From the NCBI GenBank assembly GCA_042571125.1, contig JBHPFU010000001.1, positions 85,698-149,697 of the forward strand: a stretch of 64,000 bases of DNA. The letters are read 5' to 3'. Position numbers and translations under genes: made by a program. Source of the DNA: Nanobdellota archaeon (GTDB taxonomy: Archaea; Nanobdellota; Nanobdellia; Woesearchaeales; UBA10107). Of this stretch, positions 1 through 9,372 are shown in pieces (the first letter of the stretch is position 1; each line of letters opens with the position of its first letter). The notes under the pieces were generated by a model, which saw only the letters and a list, made by a program, of their open reading frames with translations, ran no database searches and was not told the origin of the DNA.

Positions 1-1674
1 AGAACACGTTAAGCTAACAGATCCATCGCATTCTTCGGCTCCGTTTACGATTCCATCTCCACAGTATGGTCCAAGTACATCTAGATTTTCTGTTCCTGAA
101 TATGAATCCAATGCTGAAACAACTTCAGCAGTTATTGGGTATAATCCAGGCTGATCAGGAACTATTATTTGATATGAAAAGTCTCCTGTTTGATTGTTGA
201 TTATAACTGTTGTGTTCTGAGTTATTAGGTATAGGTTAATTGTGTTTTCAGCGATTAATGAGCCGTCGTCCATTAGCACATTTCCTGTTATGTTTACAGT
301 ATTTGTTAGGTTTGCTGAGCTGTTAGAAGCTTGTACTGGATTTGGAGCTAAACTAAGCGTTATATCATAATTAAATCTTACTCTGAATTGAATTACTTCT
401 GTTGTTCCTTGTCCTAGAAGATCTTCAGCATAAACTCTTACTGTGTAATTTCCGGTTTGTGAACTTAGTGTTGTTTGATATGATTGAGTTTGAGTTATGT
501 TGCTGTTAGGGTCTATTACTTCAACAACTATGCTTGCCGGATCAACACCAACGCCTGCGTCTGTTGCAGCGTAAGTTATATTTACTAAAGCCCCTCTGTT
601 AACAACACCAATTGGATCTATGAAAATATTTGGTCCTTGTGTATCTACTAATAACGCTCTTGTTTCTGATGTTGCACTTAACGGAACCAAGTCATCACAG
701 GTTACGTTCCAATTGTATGTTCCATCCGGCAATGATGTTGAATATGTTTCCTCAACACCGCTTGTAGCAGTTATATTTGTTGGGTTATTGTTTAATAGTA
801 TTTGACAAGCTAATTGCGGAGCAAAATTATCGCTTGTGACGAATCTAAAGTCAATATTTGAATTACTTGTTAGATAATTTGTTGTTGGTGATGTAAGATT
901 TATGTTTGGAGGGGTTCTGTCTATTATGCTTGTCGCACTTTGATTAATAACCTCTCCTCCGTTATTGAAAACTTCAAAATAATAGCAAATATCTCCTTCT
1001 GCCCAACTAGCTAAGTCAAAGTTTTCAGAACAAAGATCGTTTTGGCAAGTTAATTCTGTTTGATTGTATATCCTGTAACTTGTATTTGTTTGATTATCGA
1101 ATATTAAATCACAATTTGATAAGTATAGATCTGCATTTGAAACTCCTGTTTCAGGATCTGTTGTATTAACTCCAAATAATTCTAATCCACCAAAGATGTA
1201 TGAGTTATCGGCAGGAACTAGGTAATTGATTATTGCAGGAGTATCGTCATTCATTACTAAGAGTTGTATTTGATTTACCTGAGAATCTCCATTTGTATCA
1301 ACTGTTTGAATTGTCCAGTTGTATAATTGATTGCTGTTAACATTATCTGCGCTAGCATCAAAACCAAAGTTTTGTGATCCCCAGTTGCTTATTGCTGCGA
1401 TGCTTGTGTAATAGTTTAAGGGATTAGCAATTATAGATGCCCAGTCCACAGGAGTTATTACAGATTGTAGATTAAATCCAGTGTATCCGATAGAAATATT
1501 GTTTATTGATTCAGTGCTTGACAAGTCATTTGCTATGTTTATTGTTATGTTTACAGAGTTTGTTTCGTAAACAGGAGAGTATCCAACAAAAGAAGTTGTG
1601 GTGATGTGAGCAGCAAAGCTTATCGGAACCAAGAATAAAGTCAATATCAAATATAGTAGTCCTCTTTTGCCCAT
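1..1674 (-). CDS. Secreted surface/adhesin-like protein, first 558 codons (3' end of gene lies beyond window start)
   Basis: Minus-strand frame open from ATG at 1674-1672 to the window edge by my own translation. It is absent from the ORF track because no stop lies inside the window. N-terminus MGKRGLLYLILTLFLVPISFAAH looks like a signal peptide. A long T/N/S-rich beta-type sequence with many N-x-S/T sequons follows. The last codons read GPYCGDGIVNGAEECDGSVSLTCS, a CGDG..EECD Cys-rich repeat. Confidence 0.7.
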   Translation of the reverse strand, partial: MGKRGLLYLILTLFLVPISFAAHITTTSFVGYSPVYETNSVNITINIANDLSSTESINNISIGYTGFNLQSVITPVDWASIIANPLNYYTSIAAISNWGSQNFGFDASADNVNSNQLYNWTIQTVDTNGDSQVNQIQLLVMNDDTPAIINYLVPADNSYIFGGLELFGVNTTDPETGVSNADLYLSNCDLIFDNQTNTSYRIYNQTELTCQNDLCSENFDLASWAEGDICYYFEVFNNGGEVINQSATSIIDRTPPNINLTSPTTNYLTSNSNIDFRFVTSDNFAPQLACQILLNNNPTNITATSGVEETYSTSLPDGTYNWNVTCDDLVPLSATSETRALLVDTQGPNIFIDPIGVVNRGALVNITYAATDAGVGVDPASIVVEVIDPNSNITQTQSYQTTLSSQTGNYTVRVYAEDLLGQGTTEVIQFRVRFNYDITLSLAPNPVQASNSSANLTNTVNITGNVLMDDGSLIAENTINLYLITQNTTVIINNQTGDFSYQIIVPDQPGLYPITAEVVSALDSYSGTENLDVLGPYCGDGIVNGAEECDGSVSLTCS

Positions 1675-1712
1675 GTTATACCCGCCGTCACTGAATAGTC
1701 ATATAATTTAAA

Positions 1713-1751
1713 ACTAGTATATAAATGTTACTATTTAGTATACTGGTATAT
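1713..1751 (-). promoter_or_regulatory. 39-bp promoter/operator element, copy 1 (identical to 24220-24258)
   Basis: ACTAGTATATAAATGTTACTATTTAGTATACTGGTATAT. On the minus strand it contains AACATTTATATA (BRE/TATA-like) about 43 nt upstream of the ATG at 1674. It also has the imperfect inverted repeat ACTAGTATA...TATACTGGT. Confidence 0.6.
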
Positions 1752-1837
1752 AAGAACTATACTGCAACGTCTTTCTTCTGTTTTGTAGGGCAATTAGGAT
1801 TTAAGAACAGCTGCTAATGTTAGAGATAGTAATTTCT

Positions 1838-4111
1838 TCATTTTTTCTTGGTTGTTTTTTTCTTGGTGACCTTTTTAGTTGTTTTCTTTTTTGCGGTCTT
1901 TTTCTTGGTGGGCGCTTTCCCTTCTCTTACTGTTCCATCTAATTTCATCATGAATCTACATTTAGGATAGTTTTCGCAACCGTAAAACTTGCCGTAAAAG
2001 CTCTGTTTCAATACGAACTTACCACCACAACTAGGACACGTCATTTTTGATTCCGGCAAAGCAGGAACTTCTTTCTCTAATTCCTTTTTAGTGGGACAGT
2101 CTTCATTGATACACATTTCCTGGGGCCTTCTCCGAGCTTTAATGATTTTAACTTTCGGGAAACCACACGTATCACATTCCTTTCGGGCAGGAACGACCAA
2201 CGCATTGGAAGGAAGCTTAAAAGTATTGTCGCAAGCAGGATATTTGTCGCATGCAATAAACATGCCATACTTTCCTCGTCTAATTTGTAAGTCGCCTTCT
2301 TTACATTTGTTGCACTTGCCAACAAAACTTAATTCATTACGCGTTTCAATTGTTGCTTTGTATAATTCTTCACCGATAACTTTTTCATTTTTCTTAAATT
2401 TTTCAAGAGTTTTCGTTAAAATTACTTTTGCTTCATCTAAAACTTCTTCTTCTTCCTTCTTTCCTTCTCTAATCTCTTCCATTTTGAGCTCAATGTCTCT
2501 TGTTAATTTTTCATCAAGAATTTCTGGAGCATATTTTTCAAGAGTTCCAACAACACGAATACCTAATTCAGTAGCTTCAATAGATCTTTCATTTACATAT
2601 CCTCTATGATATAGGGCATCAACAATAGCTGCTCTTGTTGATTTTGTTCCTAAACCGCGCTTTTCTAATTCTTTAATAATAGAAGCTTGTGTAAATCTTT
2701 TTGGAGGGGCGGTTTCTTTATCTAACATCTCTGTTTTCTTAACTTTAATTTCTTCTCCTTTTGAAACATTCGGAAGTTCTTCTTCTTTGAATGTAGCATA
2801 TGGCGAATAAAGATCGTGCCATCCTTTGATTAATGTAATTGTTCCTTTTGAGATAAAATTTTCATCATTAACATCAATTATTAATTTAGCAGTTTCTCTA
2901 ACTGCTTCTTCACCGAATGTAGCAACAAATCTTTTTACAATTAAATCAAATATTTTTTCTTCATCAGAATCTAATGATTTTGGAACTTGTCCTGTAGGAT
3001 AGATTGCAGGATGGGCAGGATCTGTTTTCTTTCCTTCATTAGGAATCATTTTTCCTGCTAAAACTTTGCTTGCGATTACAGAAAATTTGTCGGATTTTGC
3101 TAATTGTTGCATTATTTTATTTAAACCCAATTCTTTTGGAAGTTTTTGAGAACTTGTTCTAGGATATGAGATATAACCATCAGTGTAAAGACTTTGCGCA
3201 GCAGCTAACGTACCTTTAGGAGCAATTCCAAAAACTCTGTATGCTTCAATCTGCAAACTTGTTAAGTCAAATGGATAGGGTGGTTTCTGATTAAATTTTT
3301 TCTTATCAATATCTTTTACTTTTGCATCCTTCCCTTGAACTTTTTCATAAATCTTAGCAGCTTCATCTTTTTTCCAGAATTTTTCTGTTTCATGCATCGC
3401 ATTTATTATTTTTTTCTGAGCTTCGCCTTCTAAAGTTATCTGCCAGAACGGAACAGGTATAAACGCTTTGATTTCTCTTTCTCTATCAACAATTATTTTC
3501 AATGCAGGACCTTGAACTCTGCCAGAACTCATAACGCGAAAAGCGCCAGTAGATTTTATAGATAAAGTTAGTGCTCTGCTTAAATTAATTCCATACATCC
3601 AATCAAGAAAATGTCTTGTTTCTCCTGCAAAAGCCTGTCCCCAATCAAGTTCTTCTGATTTTCCTTCATATGCTTTGGTTAAATCGTCTTTTGTTAATGT
3701 TGAGAATTTCATTCTATGCGCTGTTTCTTTTCCACAAAGAAAACGAACAACATTCCACCCTATAACTTCTCCTTCGATATCATAGTCTGTTGCAACAGTA
3801 AACTCGTCTGCTCCTTTTGCTAATTTTTTTAGAACATTTGCATATTTTTTTGTAAATGCTGCTTTTTTTTCAGAATTTGGAACCCACATTATATCAAAAA
3901 TAGGGTAAGACCATCCTTTTTTCTTATCTTTTTCAGCAACAGTAAACAGATGACCGACAGCACATCCTACAATTATATCTCGGTTTCCATGTGTTATTTC
4001 ATAGTATGGAACTCCTTTCTCTCCTTTCTTTATAGCCTTTCCAGAGGCAAGAGCATCTGCTATTTTCTTTGCTGCATTTGGCTTTTCCGTTATAATTAGT
4101 TCATAGGGCAT
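1838..4111 (-). CDS. topA: Type IA DNA topoisomerase (archaeal topoisomerase I/III-like) with C-terminal zinc ribbons and Lys-rich tail
   Basis: Toprim N-terminus (LIITEKPNAAKKIA, DYDIEGE). Active-site Tyr motif GYISYPRTSS. Several Cys4 ribbons (CNKCKEG..CDKYPAC, CDTCGF, CPSCGG..CENYPKC). Tail KKKTAKKKTTKKVTKKKTTKKK. Confidence 0.9.
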   Translation of the reverse strand: MPYELIITEKPNAAKKIADALASGKAIKKGEKGVPYYEITHGNRDIIVGCAVGHLFTVAEKDKKKGWSYPIFDIMWVPNSEKKAAFTKKYANVLKKLAKGADEFTVATDYDIEGEVIGWNVVRFLCGKETAHRMKFSTLTKDDLTKAYEGKSEELDWGQAFAGETRHFLDWMYGINLSRALTLSIKSTGAFRVMSSGRVQGPALKIIVDREREIKAFIPVPFWQITLEGEAQKKIINAMHETEKFWKKDEAAKIYEKVQGKDAKVKDIDKKKFNQKPPYPFDLTSLQIEAYRVFGIAPKGTLAAAQSLYTDGYISYPRTSSQKLPKELGLNKIMQQLAKSDKFSVIASKVLAGKMIPNEGKKTDPAHPAIYPTGQVPKSLDSDEEKIFDLIVKRFVATFGEEAVRETAKLIIDVNDENFISKGTITLIKGWHDLYSPYATFKEEELPNVSKGEEIKVKKTEMLDKETAPPKRFTQASIIKELEKRGLGTKSTRAAIVDALYHRGYVNERSIEATELGIRVVGTLEKYAPEILDEKLTRDIELKMEEIREGKKEEEEVLDEAKVILTKTLEKFKKNEKVIGEELYKATIETRNELSFVGKCNKCKEGDLQIRRGKYGMFIACDKYPACDNTFKLPSNALVVPARKECDTCGFPKVKIIKARRRPQEMCINEDCPTKKELEKEVPALPESKMTCPSCGGKFVLKQSFYGKFYGCENYPKCRFMMKLDGTVREGKAPTKKKTAKKKTTKKVTKKKTTKKK

Positions 4112-4226
4112 GGGTGTGATAATATATATGCACTTTAAAAGTTTAGCTGTTTTTCACGAAAAGTTTAAATACGCTGTTTATTTAAATAGCTAAAAAGAGG
4201 TGCAAACCTTAAAAGGGGGTGTTAAC

Positions 4227-4592
4227 ATGGCTAAACAAGGTCAACTTACAAATTGGGCGTTTATCGTCGGTGCTTTGTTAGCAATTATCATGGGTCTAGG
4301 CGCAGCTGCAGGAGCAGGTTTCGCTAATAACGCATGGTTAATTCTACTATTGGTTGTTTTAGGACTTGTAGTTGGATTTGCTAATATAACAAAGAAAGAA
4401 GTAGGTGGCTTTTTACTTGCAGTAGTTGCATTAGTTCTTGTTGGTTCAGCAGGAATCGCTACAATAAACACACTAATTCCATTTGTTGGGAGTTTCTTAG
4501 CAGAAACAATCAATAGATTTATCGTGTTTGTAGCACCAGCAGCTTTAGTTGTTGCAGTAAGAAGTGCATGGAATTTAGCAGAGGCTAAATAA
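4227..4592 (+). CDS. Small integral membrane protein (about 4 TM)
   Basis: ATG at 4227 is preceded by AAAGGGGG. The sequence is hydrophobic and Gly/Ala/Val/Leu-rich throughout. No recognisable family. Confidence 0.55.
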   Translation: MAKQGQLTNWAFIVGALLAIIMGLGAAAGAGFANNAWLILLLVVLGLVVGFANITKKEVGGFLLAVVALVLVGSAGIATINTLIPFVGSFLAETINRFIVFVAPAALVVAVRSAWNLAEAK

Positions 4593-4617
4593 GAATTTTT
4601 TTATTTTTTTTATTTTT

Positions 4618-5238
4618 TTATCCTACGTTATTATATTCTGCAGGAAGTCTACAATTATTTACAGGAACAAAAGAAGCTCTTTGGTTTTCACATGCAACTT
4701 CACGACCGTCAACTTCTTCTATTGGTAGAACTTCAAACTTACTTACGTATCCTAGCTCTTTAACTAGGTCAGCGTAGATAAGTATATATGATCTTGCTGT
4801 GCCTTTAAGCAGACTGTCTGTTTTTTTGATGTATCTTGTTTCATTTACGCCATGTATTCTGAACCAAAGACCAGAGAGTGTGCCTGGAGCACCAGAACCA
4901 ATTGTTAGTTCAAATGATGCTTTTTCTTTGTTTAGCCAGTAGCATCCACCATATGCAATTGCAGAATATCTGCATTTTTTGTAGAGCTCTGGAATAGCTT
5001 CATCAACTTCAATTACTTCTTCTGTAACATTTTCTATTACTTCTTCTTCCACGGGTTCTTCAATAGGCATTTCTTCAATTTCTTCTTCACTAAGAATTTC
5101 TTCTACTCTTGGTAGCTCTTCTTCTTGAACATCTTCAGAATCAGTTTCGTTATTAGAAACCTCGTAAGAAACTTCAGTATTATTGCCACATCCTGCAATT
5201 AATATCAATGCTATCAATAAAAACAGTGATTTTTTCAT
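4618..5238 (-). CDS. Lipoprotein with acidic Glu-rich linker
   Basis: MKKSLFLLIALILIAGCGNN has a lipobox-like LIAGC. An E/V/I-rich acidic low-complexity stretch follows, then a globular C-terminal part. Confidence 0.55.
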   Translation of the reverse strand: MKKSLFLLIALILIAGCGNNTEVSYEVSNNETDSEDVQEEELPRVEEILSEEEIEEMPIEEPVEEEVIENVTEEVIEVDEAIPELYKKCRYSAIAYGGCYWLNKEKASFELTIGSGAPGTLSGLWFRIHGVNETRYIKKTDSLLKGTARSYILIYADLVKELGYVSKFEVLPIEEVDGREVACENQRASFVPVNNCRLPAEYNNVG

Positions 5239-5329
5239 AATAATTGGATTTATAATAAATAATATTTAAAGTTTTTGCTTCCAAAACCTTTAAATAGGAT
5301 GATTCACCAACTATTCATAGGCAAAAGAG

Positions 5330-7624
5330 GTGATTATTTTAGAACATATTAAATGGTTTAAGGATATTGGAAAAGAGGATATCCCTTCTGTAGGTGGCAA
5401 GGGGGCCAATCTTGGTGAGATGTATAACATAGGTTTGCCAGTTCCAGATGGTTTTTTTGTAACAGCGCAGACATACAAAGAATTTATTGAAAAAACAAAA
5501 ATTAAAGACAAAATAACAGAGATTCTTTCAGGTTTAGATGTTGAAAACACAGAAGAACTGCAAAAACGAGCAAATCAAGTTCAAAAATTAATTGTAGAAA
5601 CACCAATCCCTCAAGACATCCGAGAAGATATTATAGAAGCTTATGAAGTTATGGGCACACACCATGATGTTGAAGCCGAAGCTAATCTGCCTTTTGTTGC
5701 GATTAGATCATCTGCAACTGCCGAAGACTTACCGACTGCTTCTTTTGCAGGACAGCAGGCAACTTTTTTAAATATTAAAGGAATGAGTGAGATTGTTAGT
5801 TCTGTTAGATTATGTTGGGCTTCTTTGTTTACAGCGCGCGCTGTTTATTACAGAGTGAAAAATGATTTTGAACATATGAAAGTTTTTATTTCTGTTGTTG
5901 TACAGAGAATGGTTGACTCTGACAAATCAGGGATAATGTTCTCTGTTAATCCTTCTACAAATAATCTTAATGAAATTGTGGTTGAAGCAGGATGGGGGCT
6001 TGGAGAAGCAGTCGTTTCCGGATCAATAAATCCCGATCTTTACATTGTTGATAAAGATTCTATGGAAATAAAGAAAAAAGAATTAAAAAAACAAGTTTGG
6101 GGGTTATTTAGAGATCCCGATACTGGAAAAAATGTAAAGAAAAATATTTCTGAGGAAGTAGAAGCAAAACAAGTTATTTCTGATGAACAAATTGTTTCAT
6201 TAGCTGAACTAGCTAAAAAAATTGAAGAACATTATGGATCCCCTCAAGATATTGAATTTGCAGTTGAAAAAAATAAAATTTATATTGTACAATCAAGAGC
6301 AGTCACAACAATAAAAAAAGAAGAAAAGGTCGAGGATGTTGAAGAGCATGGCGAGGTTCTTGTGAAAGGAGAAACTGCTTCATCCGGCGTTGCATCTGGT
6401 CCTGTCAAATTAATAAAAGAAATGGAAGATTTGAAAAAGATAGAAAAAGGAGATGTGATGGTAACAAAGATGACAACTCCTGACATGGTTCCTATTATGC
6501 AGAAAGCAGCAGCAATTGTAACAGATGAAGGAGGAATGACCTGTCATGCTGCTATTGTTTCTCGTGAGCTGGGAATTCCGTGTATTGTTGGTACTGAAAA
6601 TGGTACTCAAATTTTGAAAGAAGGAGAGATTATTACTGTTAATGCTACTCATGGAACTGTATTGAGAGGTGCTGTAAAGATTGAAGTTCCAAAAGAAGAA
6701 GTTAAAGAAACATCTGTTTGCGAGCCAGTTACAGCAACACAAGTCAAAGTTATAATGGATATTCCTGATGTTGCAGAAAAAGCTGCTTCTACAGGTGCGG
6801 ATGGTGTTGGTTTAGTTAGATTAGAGATTATGATTGCAACAGGAGGAGTTCACCCTGCAGAATATATCAGACAAGACCGCGATGAAGATTATGTTAATCT
6901 ATTAGCAGATGGAATTAGAAAGATTGCCAATGCATTCAAGGGCAAACCTGTTTGGGTTCGATGTAGCGATCTTCGTACAGATGAATATCGTAATTTACAA
7001 GGTGCAGATCAAGAACCAAATGAAACAGATCCTATGCTTGGATGGCATGCTATTCGTCGTTTATTAGACGAACCTAGAATTTTGAAAGCTGAATTTAAAG
7101 CTATCAAAAAATTAAAAGATGAAGGCGTTGATAATATAGGGGTTATGCTTCCTTTTGTTATAAGAGCAAGGGAAGTATCAAAAGCCAAAGAAATAATGAA
7201 GGAAGTTGGATTAGAAGGCGTTGAATTTGGGGTTATGATTGAAACTCCTGCATCATGCTGGGTTATTGAAGAGATAATCAAAGAAGGAATTGATTTTGTG
7301 AGCTTTGGAACAAATGATTTGACACAATTAACATTAGGTATAGATAGAAATAATCAAAGGATTGCACATTTATTTGATGAAATGCATCCTTCTGTTCTTG
7401 GTGAGATCGAGAAAGTCGTTGAAGTTTGCAAGAGGAATAATGTTAAGACCTCAATCTGCGGTCAGGCGGGCTCAAGACCAGAAATGGCTGAGTTTTTAGT
7501 TAAGATTGGTATTGATTCTATATCAGCAAACCCTGATGCGGTTCATCAGATAAGAGAAGTTGTTGCTCGCGAGGAAAAAAAGTTATTATTAGAAGCAGAT
7601 AGAGAAGAACTAGGACAAAACTAA
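5330..7624 (+). CDS. ppsA: Phosphoenolpyruvate synthase (pyruvate, water dikinase), complete three-domain enzyme
   Basis: ATP-grasp/PPDK_N motifs [10 protein letters not shown] and [17 protein letters not shown]. Swivel domain [21 protein letters not shown] (His406, codon 6545-6547). C-terminal PEP-binding barrel motifs [15 protein letters not shown] and ICGQAG. GTG start. Confidence 0.9.
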   Translation: [764 protein letters not shown]

Positions 7625-8557
7625 GATTTTCTTGCTTAAACTTTTATGTAAATAGTAATCAAATTCTTTTTCTATCTTTAATTTAGTGTTTTTAATTAGT
7701 TTTTTGTAGTCGATAAAGTCTGGGAACATTACAACTGCTTTTTTTGTAAGTTTTTTCTCTAATAATTGTAAAAAATTAAGATAAAGCTCTTCCAGGTTCT
7801 GTTTTTTTGTGTTTTTTCCGTATGGCAAGTCTGTAACAACATAATCTAACTTTCTTTTCAGCTTCAAAGCATTTTCTTGCTTAACTTCTCCTTTGATTTT
7901 ATAATGTTTTAAGTTTATTTTAGTTCTGTTCACCATTATTCTATCTAAGTCATATCCAACCGGTTTTAATTTCATCAAACCAGCTTCAATTAAGATTCCA
8001 CCTGATCCGCAGAACGGATCTATAAGCGAACCTTTCTCAATCCCAGTCAAATTAATAACGGCTTTTGCAAGTTTTGGATTTAAAGAAGAAGGATGAAGCT
8101 CTGGTCTTAAGTGCGCCTTTCTTTCCTGCCAATCCTTTTTAATGCTATGTTCCAATAAACAACAATAAACTTTTTTCTTTGTTATAAAAAAATTAATGAA
8201 TGTTGTAGGATTTTTTAAGTAAACTTTAGGATTTTTTAGTTTATCATAAATTATTTCAGCAATTCTTTTTTCAAAAGACTGCGATCTCCAATTTCTGACA
8301 TTCACACGAACAGCAAAATTTTTCTTATACACTTTATTCCAATTAAACTTCTTAACAGCAGATTCCAATTGTTTTGAACCACATTCAAAAAGAAACTTGT
8401 AAATTCCGTTCGTGTAAGATAATCTTTTATCTAACTTCTTATTAGTTTTCAAAATAAGGATATTATCATCTATTTTATACTCCTTAGCCTTTGTCAGAGC
8501 CAAAACTTCTTCCTTAGCTAATTCAAGGTCTTGTTTGGATATATTAAACAGCTTCAT
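7610..8557 (-). CDS. THUMP-type tRNA/rRNA (guanine-N2) methyltransferase (Trm14/TrmG10-like)
   Basis: SAM motif I DPFCGSGGILIEAG and motif IV DLPYG. The N-terminal roughly 150 aa is consistent with a THUMP-like RNA-binding part. The 3' end overlaps ppsA by 15 nt (convergent). Confidence 0.6.
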   Translation of the reverse strand: MKLFNISKQDLELAKEEVLALTKAKEYKIDDNILILKTNKKLDKRLSYTNGIYKFLFECGSKQLESAVKKFNWNKVYKKNFAVRVNVRNWRSQSFEKRIAEIIYDKLKNPKVYLKNPTTFINFFITKKKVYCCLLEHSIKKDWQERKAHLRPELHPSSLNPKLAKAVINLTGIEKGSLIDPFCGSGGILIEAGLMKLKPVGYDLDRIMVNRTKINLKHYKIKGEVKQENALKLKRKLDYVVTDLPYGKNTKKQNLEELYLNFLQLLEKKLTKKAVVMFPDFIDYKKLIKNTKLKIEKEFDYYLHKSLSKKILVLS

Positions 8558-8630
8558 ACGGTTAAATTCACGTTAAGTATATATAATATTTTGCAAAAAT
8601 TTATATATTATTTTTGTTTTCTCTTCTTGA

Positions 8631-9002
8631 ATGGGGGAATTAGCAGTAGAAACAATAGAGATGACAGATTCACCTAAAGCTTCAATTGATGACACATTTA
8701 ATGATCCGGAATTAAAGATATTTGTACAGCCATTAATGTCTGGAGAAAAATGTGAAAGAGAAGTTAGACATGAAAAAGCATCAAGTCAACATTATTTAAT
8801 AAGATTTATAACCAAGGAAAAAATTAGCGACCCTAAGAAAGCAGTACCATTAGGAATTTCTGTGATTGAATATGAAGGTGGAAAATTTAAAGATGTAAAA
8901 CATAGCGAAGAGGTAGTAGGCACTTTAGAATGGGCATATGGTCGTTACTTAGAATTGGCAAAAGATTATCGTGAAAAATTGAATCCAGAAGAAGAAAAAT
9001 AG
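8631..9002 (+). CDS. Hypothetical protein
   Basis: ORF with plausible codon usage. No motif recognised. Confidence 0.4.
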   Translation: MGELAVETIEMTDSPKASIDDTFNDPELKIFVQPLMSGEKCEREVRHEKASSQHYLIRFITKEKISDPKKAVPLGISVIEYEGGKFKDVKHSEEVVGTLEWAYGRYLELAKDYREKLNPEEEK

Positions 9003-9057
9003 CTTATTTCTTTTCAGTATGGAAAGGTATTTAAAGAGTGATTTCATTTTTTAGGTT

Positions 9058-9372
9058 ATGAGGGGTAGACCAGTCAAATCACCGATAAGACAGAACATTA
9101 TTGAGATTCTACATTTTATCAAAAGAGGATATGGCTACGAGATATACAAAATTTATATTCAAGTCTTCCCAAAAGTTACAATGCGTTCTATTTACTATCA
9201 TCTGAAGAAAGGAACGTCCTTAGATGAATTTAAGATTGAAAAGATAGAAAAGACTAAAGGAGATTTTTCCTGGGGAAGCGAAGTAGAAAAAAAGATTTAT
9301 ACATTAGGACCAAACGCAAAACCAAAAGCTGACCCGAGAGTAAAAGAGGTACTAAAGAAAAATGCCTCATAG
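9058..9372 (+). CDS. Small winged-helix (PadR-like) transcriptional regulator
   Basis: IRQNIIEILHFIKRGYGYEIYKIY...MRSIYYHLKKG resembles the PadR/wHTH recognition region. Overlaps the downstream permease start by 11 nt. Confidence 0.5.
   Translation: MRGRPVKSPIRQNIIEILHFIKRGYGYEIYKIYIQVFPKVTMRSIYYHLKKGTSLDEFKIEKIEKTKGDFSWGSEVEKKIYTLGPNAKPKADPRVKEVLKKNAS

Noticed and set aside
2077-2609. 82-aa minus-strand and 172-aa plus-strand ORFs within topA
   Set aside because: They lie inside the zinc-ribbon/C-terminal region of a confidently called topoisomerase and have no independent support.
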